Source: Minisyncoccota bacterium
GTDB taxonomy: Bacteria > Patescibacteriota > Minisyncoccia > 2-02-FULL-40-12 > IGHO2-01-FULL-4-A
Direction: 5' to 3'
DNA: 64,000 bases
NCBI GenBank assembly: GCA_040881175.1
Contig: JBBEDS010000014.1
Location: 23,174 to 87,173, forward strand
Both the position numbers and the translations under genes were made by a program. The notes under the pieces are model-generated. The model saw only the letters and a list, made by a program, of their open reading frames with translations. It was not told where the DNA came from and did no database searches. Shown here one piece after another: positions 9,255-19,306 of this stretch (the first letter of the stretch is position 1; every line of letters begins with the position of its first letter).

Positions 9255-9578
9255 ATGCCAATAAAGAAATACCAAAAAGAACTGGACGACTGGTTTAAAA
9301 AGAAGGGTTGGGGTTATTGGCAAGAGCTATCAATTCTGGCCAGGCTTTATGAAGAGTGCGGTGAGTTTGCCAGACTTGTTAATCACCTCTACGGAGAAAA
9401 GCCCAAGAAAGACACTGAGAAAGAACAGGAGCTGGAAGAAGAAATTGGTGATATTCTTTTTACACTCATCTGTTTTGCAAATTCTAAGAATATAGATTTG
9501 GACAAAGCGATAAGAAAAAGCTTAAATAAGGTTGCCAAGAGAGATGGCGATAGGTTCAAGCCTAAGAACAAAAGCTAA
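9255..9578 (+). CDS. MazG-like nucleotide pyrophosphohydrolase domain protein
   Basis: WQELSILARLYEECGEFARLV...EEEIGDILFTLICFAN matches MazG EExxE/R metal-binding helices. Confidence 0.7.
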   Translation: MPIKKYQKELDDWFKKKGWGYWQELSILARLYEECGEFARLVNHLYGEKPKKDTEKEQELEEEIGDILFTLICFANSKNIDLDKAIRKSLNKVAKRDGDRFKPKNKS

Positions 9579-11560
9579 TGGACATCAAAAACGACTCACA
9601 AATTTTTGAAGGATTAAATGAGAAACAAGCTGAAGCGGTGCGGGCCACAGAAGGCCCCGTTTTAATATTGGCCGGAGCCGGTTCCGGTAAAACTAAAGCC
9701 CTGACACACAGAATAGCGTACCTAATATCTTCCGGGGTAAAGCCTGAGAATATCCTAGCGGTAACTTTTACCAATAAAGCTGCCGGTGAAGTTAAAGAGA
9801 GGGTTGCTAACATCCTCAAAACAACTAAGAAAGAGCTGGATGCCCGCTTGCCATATATGGGGACCTTCCACTCAATATGTCTGAAGATCCTCCGACATGA
9901 GATAGAGCAGCTCGACTATGGAAAGAACTTTTTAATATATGACGAAAGTGATCAGCTAACGTTAGTCAAATCAGTAATGCGAGACTTGGAACTGGATATT
10001 AAGAAATATAACCCCAGGGGGATACTAAACAGAATATCCAAGCTTAAAAGCGAGTTGATTGATCATGAGATGTTTGAGAAAAGCGCCAAGGAATATATGG
10101 AAAAGGTTGCCTCAAAGATATACACCGTCTACCAAACAACCCTGAAGAAAAATAACGCTCTGGATTTTGACGACCTAATAATGCTGAGCGTCGTCCTGTT
10201 CAGAGAATATCCTGTCACCCTGTCAAAATACCAAAATGCTTTTCAATATATTCTCGTCGATGAGTACCAAGACACTAATCCTGCGCAATACGCCTGGGTA
10301 AATCTTCTTGCAGAAAAGCACAGAAACCTCTTTGTCATTGGCGATGACTATCAAAGCATCTACCGCTGGCGCCAAGCTGATATTCGAAACATCCTAGATT
10401 TTGAGAAAGACTACCCGGAAGTAAAGACAATATTCCTTGAGCAAAACTACCGTTCAACCAAAAATATTCTTGCCGCAGCCAATAATGTAATCCTGAATAA
10501 CAAAGACCAGAAACATAAAAAGCTATGGACCGATAACCAGGAGGGAGAAAAAGTAATTCTAAAAGAATTGCCCAGCGAGAAATTTGAAGGTTTGTATATA
10601 GTAAAATCCATACTCAAGAATACTGATCAGGGCAAAAGTCTAGATGATTTTACAGTGCTCTATCGGACACATGCTCAATCGAGGTCAGTAGAGGAAGCCC
10701 TGCTAAGAGTCGGGCTTCCGTATCGAATAATCGGTGGGGTCAAATTCTATCAGAGGAGGGAAATCAAAGACATCCTTGCATACTTACGACTAGCTCTTAA
10801 TCCTCATGATGACGTCAGTTTTGAACGCATATACAATGTTCCGATTAGGGGCATAGGGCTTACATCATTTGAGAAACTGAGAACTATAGCCAGTCAAAGC
10901 TCAAGCCTCTCTGATGCCGCTAGGATCAGCAACGAGGGCGTACTAGGCAAAAAACAAGTATCCGCATTTCAGGGATTGGCAGCAATAATAACCGACTTGG
11001 AAAAAAAGTCTTTCGATCTGAGTCCTTCGGAATTAATTAAGCGCTTACTTAAAAGAACCAACTATGAATCGTATATAAACGATAAAAGTCCTGAAGGGGA
11101 AGAGCGCTGGGAGAACGTGAAAGAGATCCTTACTGCTACACAAAAGTATGAGAAGGTTCCGCCTAGGGAGGGTCTGGAAAAATTTCTAGAAGAGGTAGCG
11201 TTGATTCAGGAAACCGACAAGCTAACAAAGAAAGAAAAAGCCGTGAATCTAATGACAATGCATTCAGCGAAAGGCCTAGAGTTCCCAGTAGTATTCCTCA
11301 TCGGAATGGAGGATGGCATTTTTCCCCATTCTCGTTCCTTCTTCGATCCACATGAGCTAGAAGAAGAGCGGCGTCTTTGCTATGTCGGAATTACCCGAGC
11401 CAAGGAGCAGATCCATCTGACATACTGCAGGCAGAGAAATCTGTATGGTTCTGGCCAAAACAACCCGCCATCAAGATTTCTATTCGAAATACCAGAGAAC
11501 TTGGTTAACTTTTCCCCCTTAACGGATAATTCTGACTTTGATGAATTCATTGAATACTAG
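9578..11560 (+). CDS. UvrD/PcrA/Rep-family ATP-dependent DNA helicase
   Basis: Walker A AGAGSGKTKALTHRIAYL, motifs TFTNKAA, VDEYQDTN, GDDYQSIYRWRQA, C-terminal YVGITRAK. Confidence 0.9.
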   Translation: MDIKNDSQIFEGLNEKQAEAVRATEGPVLILAGAGSGKTKALTHRIAYLISSGVKPENILAVTFTNKAAGEVKERVANILKTTKKELDARLPYMGTFHSICLKILRHEIEQLDYGKNFLIYDESDQLTLVKSVMRDLELDIKKYNPRGILNRISKLKSELIDHEMFEKSAKEYMEKVASKIYTVYQTTLKKNNALDFDDLIMLSVVLFREYPVTLSKYQNAFQYILVDEYQDTNPAQYAWVNLLAEKHRNLFVIGDDYQSIYRWRQADIRNILDFEKDYPEVKTIFLEQNYRSTKNILAAANNVILNNKDQKHKKLWTDNQEGEKVILKELPSEKFEGLYIVKSILKNTDQGKSLDDFTVLYRTHAQSRSVEEALLRVGLPYRIIGGVKFYQRREIKDILAYLRLALNPHDDVSFERIYNVPIRGIGLTSFEKLRTIASQSSSLSDAARISNEGVLGKKQVSAFQGLAAIITDLEKKSFDLSPSELIKRLLKRTNYESYINDKSPEGEERWENVKEILTATQKYEKVPPREGLEKFLEEVALIQETDKLTKKEKAVNLMTMHSAKGLEFPVVFLIGMEDGIFPHSRSFFDPHELEEERRLCYVGITRAKEQIHLTYCRQRNLYGSGQNNPPSRFLFEIPENLVNFSPLTDNSDFDEFIEY

Positions 11561-12383
11561 AATAAAGAGAGAGCTCAAGGAAGCTGGCGTACGGCCTAAC
11601 AAACTACTCGGGCAGCACTTCCTAACCAGCATGTCCATCTATGAAAAAATCGTGGCTGCTCTTGATATACAGGGGGGTGATAAAATCATAGAAGTCGGAC
11701 CGGGCATTGGTATTCTAACAGAGCTAATCGCCAAACAAGGAGCAGATCTTTTTGCCGTGGAAAAAGATAAAGATTTCATACCGTTTCTAAAACATAAGTT
11801 TAAAAACCAAGAAAATGTTAAAATACTGGAAGGAGATATCTTAAAATTTGATCCGGAGAAATACGGGTTTAAAAAGGGTGCCTATAAAATTGTAGGGAAT
11901 ATACCATACTACCTAACATCAAGACTCTTCCGTATTACTCTTGAAGATTGGCCTCAAGCTAATCTGTCCGTGTTCATGATTCAGAAAGAGGTAGCCCAGA
12001 GGATAGTTGCACAACCGCCTCACATGAGCCTGCTCGGAGTTTCAGTGCAATACTTTGCAAAACCGAAGGTAGTAAGCCGTGTTTCAAAGTTGAGCTTTCA
12101 TCCTGTTCCTAAAGTAGATTCAGCTATAGTCAGGCTTACGCCAAATGATGAACCCCATCAGAAAGAATATGATGAAAAGTTTTTCAAAGTTCTCAAAGTC
12201 GGCTTCGCAGGCAAAAGAAAACAGCTGATCAATAATCTTCACTCCGGATTAAAAGAAGACAAACAGGAAATAGAAAAAAAATTAAATTCTATAGGAATTA
12301 ATTCCCAAAGAAGAGCAGAAACTCTAACCATTGAGGAATGGCAAAAAATTACTGAGTTATTCAACAGCACTGGTTCCCTTTAG
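11538..12383 (+). CDS. rsmA: 16S rRNA (adenine1518/1519-N6)-dimethyltransferase
   Basis: GQHFL and EVGPGIGILT SAM-binding motifs; NIPY catalytic motif. Confidence 0.9.
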   Translation: MMNSLNTRIKRELKEAGVRPNKLLGQHFLTSMSIYEKIVAALDIQGGDKIIEVGPGIGILTELIAKQGADLFAVEKDKDFIPFLKHKFKNQENVKILEGDILKFDPEKYGFKKGAYKIVGNIPYYLTSRLFRITLEDWPQANLSVFMIQKEVAQRIVAQPPHMSLLGVSVQYFAKPKVVSRVSKLSFHPVPKVDSAIVRLTPNDEPHQKEYDEKFFKVLKVGFAGKRKQLINNLHSGLKEDKQEIEKKLNSIGINSQRRAETLTIEEWQKITELFNSTGSL

Positions 12384-12413
12384 GTTCGGTTTATAATATA
12401 CTTATACTACAAA

Positions 12414-12668
12414 ATGAAGCATTTCTATAAGATACTCCTTATATTATTAGTTTCCATATTGATATTGTCCGTACCGCAGGCAGTCTTAGCTGGTTTTAGT
12501 GTTGGTCTTCCATTCGGTGGTATGATACTTTTTGCCATTCCTTGCACATGTAACGCCTCGACTCTCCTAATTGTTGGACCACCAGTGCCAGGTGCTTACA
12601 TGCTCACACCGGCAACTATTATATTATGTATGCGAACTTTAAACCCCTTCCAGGCAGTTGGGTACTAG
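12414..12668 (+). CDS. small secreted/hydrophobic protein (84 aa; signal peptide then two hydrophobic segments; possible pilin-like subunit)
   Basis: MKHFYKILLILLVSILILSVPQAVLA signal-like N-term then GFSVGLPFGGMILFAIPCTCNASTLLIVGPPVPGAYML; first gene of the T4SS-like block. Confidence 0.4.
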   Translation: MKHFYKILLILLVSILILSVPQAVLAGFSVGLPFGGMILFAIPCTCNASTLLIVGPPVPGAYMLTPATIILCMRTLNPFQAVGY

Positions 12669-12908
12669 GCACAGCAGACATACCTATACCCTGCCTGGTA
12701 GGTGTGCCACCAGCCTGTCTTCCTGCCGGTGGTGGGCCAGCTATTAGAATGCTGGGGACCAGTTAAACTTAAGTAGAATAAGGCAAAAATCCACCTTAGC
12801 GTCGCAAAGAGTTATTAACAGAACCACTAACCACAGATAATCAACAATTGTGGTATGATTAGTATAGGAATATGTTAGTTTGTTATTAAGTATTGTCGTA
12901 TCAATAAT

Positions 12909-13850
12909 ATGAATACAAAACTTAAAATAACCCTTGGAGTGCTGCTGCTAGCAGCTGGATTTATGGTAACTCGAGTTGGCTTGTTTTTAAATAATAGCAC
13001 CAAGAACGCAAGCCTAAGTTTACAAGGGCAAAACGTATTGTCGGCAACGGACGAGAATCCATTCTTCATTGACACCGATGGCGATGGTATTCCTGACTAT
13101 GACGAACCGTATTACCGAACAGACCCATCTAACCCCGACACCGATGGTGATGGTTATCTTGACGGCGAAGAAGTCGCATCTGAATGTAGCCCAATAATCC
13201 CACGGCCAAATGACTGCCCCGACCCACACCTAATCGGGTTCAAGGGCAACCTAACAGATCAAGTATCTGACCTGCTAGTTGGTGGCTTATATTCCGGAGA
13301 CTTAAAGAACCCCGAAAGCAACAAGGACTTCACCAGTAGTATAGGCCTTGTTAGCAGTAAGGTCTTTTTAGATTTTGACAGTAGCTTCGCAGACCAGACT
13401 AGCATTGCCGATTTGAACATTTCTGAAAATAGTGACGTAGATGTTGTCGCTTCCTATATTGAAAATACGGTAAACATCCTAGAAAAAACCATACTTCGGC
13501 CCCAACAAGAACAAATCAATGAAATTAAAAAGGGCCTAAACTTTATGCTACTCTTTCCCGAAGAGGAGAATGAGGTGTTAATTAATCTCAGAGATACTTA
13601 CACAAAAACTCACCAAGACTTATTGGCCTTGAATGTACCTCCTGACTGGAAGTACTCTCACTCCAAGCTAGTCAACTCAATTAATAGGTTTGCTCTTATT
13701 TATAGCTACATCTCCAATCCCGAAATTGACCCTGTCGCCAGTATCTTATCCTTCGAGAAATTAATAGATGAATTTTATGCAGCTCAATCCATTTTAGACG
13801 AGCTGAGAGTCAAAGCAGATTCATATAACCAAACATCTTCTCAGCAATGA
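12909..13850 (+). CDS. secreted protein with thrombospondin-type-3-like Ca-binding repeats (DTDGDGIPDYDE, DTDGDGYLDGEE)
   Basis: N-terminal TM/signal, D-x-D-G-D-G repeats; otherwise unassignable. Confidence 0.5.
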   Translation: MNTKLKITLGVLLLAAGFMVTRVGLFLNNSTKNASLSLQGQNVLSATDENPFFIDTDGDGIPDYDEPYYRTDPSNPDTDGDGYLDGEEVASECSPIIPRPNDCPDPHLIGFKGNLTDQVSDLLVGGLYSGDLKNPESNKDFTSSIGLVSSKVFLDFDSSFADQTSIADLNISENSDVDVVASYIENTVNILEKTILRPQQEQINEIKKGLNFMLLFPEEENEVLINLRDTYTKTHQDLLALNVPPDWKYSHSKLVNSINRFALIYSYISNPEIDPVASILSFEKLIDEFYAAQSILDELRVKADSYNQTSSQQ

Positions 13851-15142
13851 AGAACCAAATTAAGGTAATCGTCTTGTGTGCTTTAGTGATTGCGTCTGGA
13901 TTTGCCGTACACCTTAGACTACGAGAGGCCAAGGCTTTTACAAGCTTTGGCACAGCCCTCATACCAGCAGTACCAGTAAGTGTAGTCGCAGACGTGCCTT
14001 TTAGTGTGAAGGAGCAAATAGAAGACGTGCTTGTGAGAAAATTGGCCCAGAAAGCTCAGTCAAAACTACAAGACGGGGTTCTGTCTAAAATTCAAACGGC
14101 TGGCAGACTCGGAGGACCGGCATTCATAGGCAACTGGCAAAGCTTCCTGCAAGACGCCCAATATATAGGAGAGGGTACATTCCAATCAATGCTAAGCGAT
14201 GCAATCTCTAAAAACGAGGTATGCGACTACCTGAAGGGACCACTAAGCCTAATATTCAAACCGCCCTCACGTCCGGCAGCAGGTATCAGCTCAGGTCTTA
14301 ACCGCATCTACGATCTCCAGCCCTACGGCTCCAAGGTTCGTTGTAGTAATTTAGTCAAATCTTTGGATTTGAATACGTTTAGAGAAGACTTTACTCAAGG
14401 CGGCTGGGGAGCTTGGGATGAATTAATTAAACCGCAAAATAACTTTCTGGGTACTTATAACACAAGCCTAACAGAATTAATAAAACGTCGTTCTTTCTCA
14501 GAAACCGCCGATGCAAAAGAAGGTACGTCCGGGAGTGGTTTTACGTCTAAACGTGATTGTACGGGACAAACCACTCTTACCTGTATCGTGTTAGGACAAA
14601 TCCAGACACCAGGTAAAATACTTGAAGACACGGTGCAAAGGTCAATCGATGAAGACTTCTCCTGGATTACAAGTGCAGATGAATTCTCAGAGCTATTACT
14701 TGCTATAGGCGACTCTCTGTTCAATGCGGTTATTTCAAAGATAGACAACCTCGGAGGCGGAGGTGGAGGTTTTTCCGGCGGAGGGGGAGGTGGAGGAGGT
14801 CAGCCAGCGAACGGAAGCGGAGAAGAGCCAGCAGCTTTAGACGCATCTTGTCTCTCAGAGTGTATGAAGAATACTGATTCAGTTTGCTCTGAAGCAACTC
14901 CGGCCTGTATCGATATAGCCGGTCCGAATGGTACTCCAGATGGTACAATCGATTTTATAGATCGCATAGTGGCTGGCTTGGGAGGGAACACTCAAAATCT
15001 TGACATTGCAACTATTCTAAATTTAGATCCCACATCTTTTTCATCAGCGTGTCGTTTGCCTGGTGATCCTGACAGTCCTGAATTACTACAGTGCAGGTCT
15101 AATGTGGCATCAGAGTGTACCAACATATGTACGCCTAAATAA
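13847..15142 (+). CDS. secreted hypothetical protein with Gly-rich low-complexity tract and Cys-rich C-terminal domain
   Basis: Start overlaps previous stop (ATGA); signal-like N-term; GGGGGGFSGGGGGGGG; eight Cys in last 100 aa. Confidence 0.5.
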   Translation: MKNQIKVIVLCALVIASGFAVHLRLREAKAFTSFGTALIPAVPVSVVADVPFSVKEQIEDVLVRKLAQKAQSKLQDGVLSKIQTAGRLGGPAFIGNWQSFLQDAQYIGEGTFQSMLSDAISKNEVCDYLKGPLSLIFKPPSRPAAGISSGLNRIYDLQPYGSKVRCSNLVKSLDLNTFREDFTQGGWGAWDELIKPQNNFLGTYNTSLTELIKRRSFSETADAKEGTSGSGFTSKRDCTGQTTLTCIVLGQIQTPGKILEDTVQRSIDEDFSWITSADEFSELLLAIGDSLFNAVISKIDNLGGGGGGFSGGGGGGGGQPANGSGEEPAALDASCLSECMKNTDSVCSEATPACIDIAGPNGTPDGTIDFIDRIVAGLGGNTQNLDIATILNLDPTSFSSACRLPGDPDSPELLQCRSNVASECTNICTPK

Positions 15143-15181
15143 CCCAGCCCTTGCTAAGCCAACAGTTCTGATCTGCTCCTA

Positions 15182-17509
15182 ATGTCAAAAACAAACCTAA
15201 GAAAAAACGTGCTTAAAATAGTCCTCATATCGCTGGTTTTATTTGCATTTTTTGTTCCCCAGCATACAAATGCCGATCTGATAGATATCTCGTCTTCCGT
15301 TTTCGATACAGGTGTGGCCTGGGCAAATGCCAGAGTACTGGAAGGCATGGGAAATATAATATCCTGGTCGGCATTGATGTTAGAACAGTTTATCAAACCG
15401 GATGTTCAAGAGTACATACTCAACTATAGCGTTGTCGAAGAAAGCTGGACGATAATCAGAAACTTCGTGAATATGTTCTTCATTCTGTTTTTAATCATTA
15501 TCGCCTTCGGTACTATCTTTGGTATTGAAAAATATTATTGGCGCAATACGATCATGCCGTTTCTAGCAGCGGCACTGCTAGTTAACTTTAGCTTAGCCAT
15601 AGGCAAGTTCGTTATCCAAATAGGTAACAGTCTCGCAGCAATGGTGCTTGTATGGATACAGCAGTCCGGAGCTAACATATCAACTAACCTGGGAAGTGGC
15701 CTGGGTCTGGGTTCTTATTTTAAAGATCCGGGAATTGGCGCCCTAGCATCTATTGCAGGCGGAGGCGCCCAGACTCTTGTAACTCTGGTCTTTTCGGCTG
15801 TATTCTTAACGATAACCCTATTCGCGCTTCTATCTGCACTAATATTCGCAATTGCCAGAATTCCTGTGTTGTGGGCAATTCTGATTTTATCTCCTATAGC
15901 CTTCGTCAGCTATGCACTACCGAGTCTACAGCATATCTGGAAAAAATGGTGGAGCTACTTAATAAGTTGGTCTTTTTTCTTGCCTACTTATTTATTTTTT
16001 CTGATGTTCTCCATATTCTTCATAAGCCAGAAGGGGAAGGTAGGTACCCCACAACCCACAGGAATAGCAGAGGCACTTGTCGGTCCAGGGTCAGCAGTAG
16101 GAGATCTGTTGTTTTTCATCCTCACCATATTATTCTTAGTGGGCGGTCTTCTCGCATCTTTCAAGGTTGGCTCTCTTGCTGGTAGTGGGGTGAACAAAAC
16201 ATTCAGTGCGATTCAGGGAGGTATTAAGAGGGGTACCAGAAGAATCACGGGTTATGACACTGCCGCAGCCGGAGTTAGAGAAGGCCTGCAAGGCAGGATA
16301 GACGAGATTAGCGAGAAAGGACTCGCTGGCATCGGCGGTGCCCAACGAGCCAGGATTAGCCAGGCTAAATGGGCCGAGAGTTTCGGCTTTGGAACAAAGA
16401 GGGGGGCGGCAGATGAAGCCCGCCAGAAAGAAATAGAGAAAGAATTCTCAAAACTCAAGACCCTAAACCTAGACAAAACTGGCTTGGAGCAGAGACTTTC
16501 AAGCACTAAGGGTATAGATAAGATGGCTGCCTTGAGGTTAAAGGCCGAACAAGGATGGCTTAATACAAAGGATCTTGATCAAATAAAGGAAGCCATACAG
16601 AGTTTGGGTGGAGGTAAGACTATAGCTGGTGTTTCATTCATTAACTCTCTGAAGAAGGGTGGCTTCAAAGATATTACAAAAAGCACCGTTGAAAAAGAGG
16701 CCCTCTTTAATAGTCTCTCTGGCCCTGAATTCATAGAGCTACAGAAAGCTCTTGGATCGGATATGGCAAAGAAGAAGGAGATTATTAAACCAGAGATGGC
16801 CAAGAAAGTTATTGGCTTGTATGAAAATGACTCAGCAGAGGCCAAGAAAGAAATCATGGATGCTATTAAAAATAATCTCGGCAATATATATGCGGATAAA
16901 GGCGCTCGTGAGAAGTTTCTTGTAGACACAACCGACGCGAGCAATACTGAGTTGCGAAGGTTGTTAGCAGAAAAAATGGTTGAAGACGACGAGATTGACA
17001 GCTATAAGAAATACCATGCTGCTCAAGAACTATTCAGCGGAGATCCACAAAAGATAACAGATATGCGCAATAAGATAGCGAAAGAAAACCCTATAGTTGC
17101 GGCTGAAGTCGAGACTAGATCTAACATGAGCGCTACAAAGCCAGGAATAATTAACCCAGACTACGTGCTTGAGGAGGCTGATCAAAAGGCAATAGCTGAC
17201 ACAGATACAATAAAGAAAGCTGTGGGTAAGGCAAGTGCCAAACAGCTGGGCCAATCTAACAAAGACACCTGGAAAGAAGATTGGTTTAAGATAGCCCTCT
17301 GGAAAAAAGCTGATTCATTACAAAAAGTAGACCCACACAAATCGGCCGCAGGTAAGAGGAGGAGAATACCTGGAGGAGGAGAAAGATTCTTACAATCCCT
17401 TAAAAAGTCTGTCGGCGAAAACACAGATAAAATACCTGTGCTAAATGAGTTGCTCCAGTCTTTTGATGAATCGACAGGAGCTTTTAACCCCCTGCCACCA
17501 ACCCCTTAG
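15182..17509 (+). CDS. VirB6/TrbL-like polytopic membrane protein with long charged C-terminal extension (putative T4SS channel component)
   Basis: Signal peptide, about 6-7 predicted TM helices in residues 90-330, then about 450 aa Lys/Glu-rich hydrophilic tail; topology typical of extended VirB6 proteins; no sequence-level confirmation possible by eye. Confidence 0.45.
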   Translation: MSKTNLRKNVLKIVLISLVLFAFFVPQHTNADLIDISSSVFDTGVAWANARVLEGMGNIISWSALMLEQFIKPDVQEYILNYSVVEESWTIIRNFVNMFFILFLIIIAFGTIFGIEKYYWRNTIMPFLAAALLVNFSLAIGKFVIQIGNSLAAMVLVWIQQSGANISTNLGSGLGLGSYFKDPGIGALASIAGGGAQTLVTLVFSAVFLTITLFALLSALIFAIARIPVLWAILILSPIAFVSYALPSLQHIWKKWWSYLISWSFFLPTYLFFLMFSIFFISQKGKVGTPQPTGIAEALVGPGSAVGDLLFFILTILFLVGGLLASFKVGSLAGSGVNKTFSAIQGGIKRGTRRITGYDTAAAGVREGLQGRIDEISEKGLAGIGGAQRARISQAKWAESFGFGTKRGAADEARQKEIEKEFSKLKTLNLDKTGLEQRLSSTKGIDKMAALRLKAEQGWLNTKDLDQIKEAIQSLGGGKTIAGVSFINSLKKGGFKDITKSTVEKEALFNSLSGPEFIELQKALGSDMAKKKEIIKPEMAKKVIGLYENDSAEAKKEIMDAIKNNLGNIYADKGAREKFLVDTTDASNTELRRLLAEKMVEDDEIDSYKKYHAAQELFSGDPQKITDMRNKIAKENPIVAAEVETRSNMSATKPGIINPDYVLEEADQKAIADTDTIKKAVGKASAKQLGQSNKDTWKEDWFKIALWKKADSLQKVDPHKSAAGKRRRIPGGGERFLQSLKKSVGENTDKIPVLNELLQSFDESTGAFNPLPPTP

Positions 17510-17530
17510 CTAGGGCCAAAAAACACAAGT

Positions 17531-18028
17531 ATGTCAAATGAAATAAATAAAATTTACGACCCAGTCGAGATAGACGCTGACTTCTTCGCCGAGAATGAAG
17601 ATGAACAAGAAAGATTCTACTCAATTGTTAAAACATTGCCCGATCTGGTATTGGATGTGCTATTTGGCCTAGACACCCCCAAGATACTAGAGGGCATAGC
17701 ACGAAACTTTGGACTACAACCTGAACAGTCAGCAATCTTATCAAGACTGGTTCGTAAGGTTCTAATCGGTGATTTTTATATAGGGGACTTTCCATCTAAG
17801 ATATCCTCCGGGCTTGACGTAGATCAAGATAAGGCACGGGAGATAGCAAAAGCCACTGCTTCTGACCTATTTATAGATGCGGTGGCAGATATCAAGCGCA
17901 TCCATTTGCAGAAGTTTCCCAATGCTTCCTTAGAAAAACAGCCAGAAGATACCAAGGGTCAGCAGCACGGAGTAAAAAATTTGTCAGAGACTGGCGGTAA
18001 TATCATTGACCTGCGGTCCAGAAACTGA
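17531..18028 (+). CDS. hypothetical protein (165 aa)
   Basis: ORF track; acidic, no motif. Confidence 0.4.
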   Translation: MSNEINKIYDPVEIDADFFAENEDEQERFYSIVKTLPDLVLDVLFGLDTPKILEGIARNFGLQPEQSAILSRLVRKVLIGDFYIGDFPSKISSGLDVDQDKAREIAKATASDLFIDAVADIKRIHLQKFPNASLEKQPEDTKGQQHGVKNLSETGGNIIDLRSRN

Positions 18029-18059
18029 AACAAAAAGCCCCCCAATCAAGGCGGGCAAT

Positions 18060-18803
18060 TTAAGATTTGTATCCTATGCTGAATAGTCCGAAACTAATAA
18101 CATTTACAATTCTCTTTGCAGTATAGAGGTTTACTAGGAGTCTGGATGAGACCTTGACTATAAATTCCTCCCTGCTAAAATTTTCAAAAAGGTAATCTCG
18201 AAAGATTCTAGTTATCTCTCTTTTTTGTTCCGTAGAAAGTTTAAATTTACGACCCAGCTTTTCTTCTATGAATACCGCGGTTTCGAAACCCATCATAGCT
18301 GACTGCTTATGGGGCGGCAGTTTACCTACTTTTTCTACGTAACCTTGAATCCGTGTTATATCGTCCTTGCTCAGCCGCTTGAGTGCCTCCTTTAGTAGCT
18401 GAAGTGTCTTTTGAAACCCAGCGGCCAGAGAGTATCTCTTTGCCTCTGCGGCAGAGAGCATCGCCTTTTCAGTCATGGCAATTTGACTCCTAAGTTCCTC
18501 TTCTTTTCTAAGTTGCTCAGCGGTTTTACCATAAGAATCAATATTGTAGGGTGTGGCGTACTCACGGTCTTCACCGTCGTAGTTAGCAATGTCAAAAGCC
18601 TCGCACTCTTCATCTCCAGGCTCTTCTTTGTCTATTTGAGTCTCCTTAATCAGTTCCGCTAAATTTTTATTCCCTAGATGGTCTTGATAACCTCTATTTT
18701 GCTCCAAAGTTCTTCGACGACCATCATTACTTAACCAACTTTCGGTACCTTCTAAAAGTGGGCGGTACCCTTTGAGACCCTCCTCATAGGAATAGCTGGA
18801 CAT
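18060..18803 (-). CDS. hypothetical protein (247 aa), opposite strand inside the T4SS-like block
   Basis: ORF track; coiled-coil-like charged protein. Confidence 0.4.
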   Translation of the reverse strand: MSSYSYEEGLKGYRPLLEGTESWLSNDGRRRTLEQNRGYQDHLGNKNLAELIKETQIDKEEPGDEECEAFDIANYDGEDREYATPYNIDSYGKTAEQLRKEEELRSQIAMTEKAMLSAAEAKRYSLAAGFQKTLQLLKEALKRLSKDDITRIQGYVEKVGKLPPHKQSAMMGFETAVFIEEKLGRKFKLSTEQKREITRIFRDYLFENFSREEFIVKVSSRLLVNLYTAKRIVNVISFGLFSIGYKS

Positions 18804-18927
18804 TTGAAATTCCTCTTCTCTATTTAAAGGTTCTTAGCATGTTGCTAATTATCGTAACATAAAAGGTAGTGTTGTCAAGCGATAAGTCCTGTAAGTATCT
18901 GTGCTTTGTTTTTTCTATCAAAAACCT

Positions 18928-18936
18928 GATATAATT
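18928..18936 (+). promoter_or_regulatory. extended -10 element TGATATAAT upstream of PrgI-like/VirB4 genes
   Basis: TGnTATAAT 26 nt upstream of ATG 18962 in AT-rich divergent intergenic region. Confidence 0.3.
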
Positions 18937-18961
18937 AACAGTATACGCTTTACATTAAAAA

Positions 18962-19306
18962 ATGCGCTTCCAAGTCCCACAATTTATAGAAACTGAGACC
19001 AAGATAGTAGGGCCATTTACGCTCAAGCAGTTTTTGTACTTAGCCTCTGGTGCAGCACTCATTTTTATACTTCAATATGCCGTCAGTTTTACTTTCTTGA
19101 TAATTCTCGGCCTACCTATAGCTATCCTAGCTCTTGCATTAGCGTTTTATAAAATTGATGGGATGCCTCTTCCGCAGTATATATTAATGGCATTTTCTTT
19201 CATGAGCGGTACTAAGAAATACGTTTTTAGTAAAAAACAGGATCAGCAATACATACAGAACCAGAATATTAAAAGCCTACAAGACCAGAACGACAATGGC
19301 AGCTAA
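18962..19306 (+). CDS. PrgI/VirB3-like small two-TM membrane protein
   Basis: 114 aa, two adjacent hydrophobic helices (LYLASGAALIFILQYAVSFTFLIILGLPIAILALALAFY), position immediately upstream of VirB4-like ATPase as in Gram-positive T4SS. Confidence 0.5.
   Translation: MRFQVPQFIETETKIVGPFTLKQFLYLASGAALIFILQYAVSFTFLIILGLPIAILALALAFYKIDGMPLPQYILMAFSFMSGTKKYVFSKKQDQQYIQNQNIKSLQDQNDNGS

Noticed and set aside
14749-14800. GGCGGAGGTGGAGG-type G-rich tandem repeat
   Set aside because: It codes for the GGGGGGFSGGGGGGGG low-complexity tract inside the 431-aa secreted protein and is not an independent repeat element.
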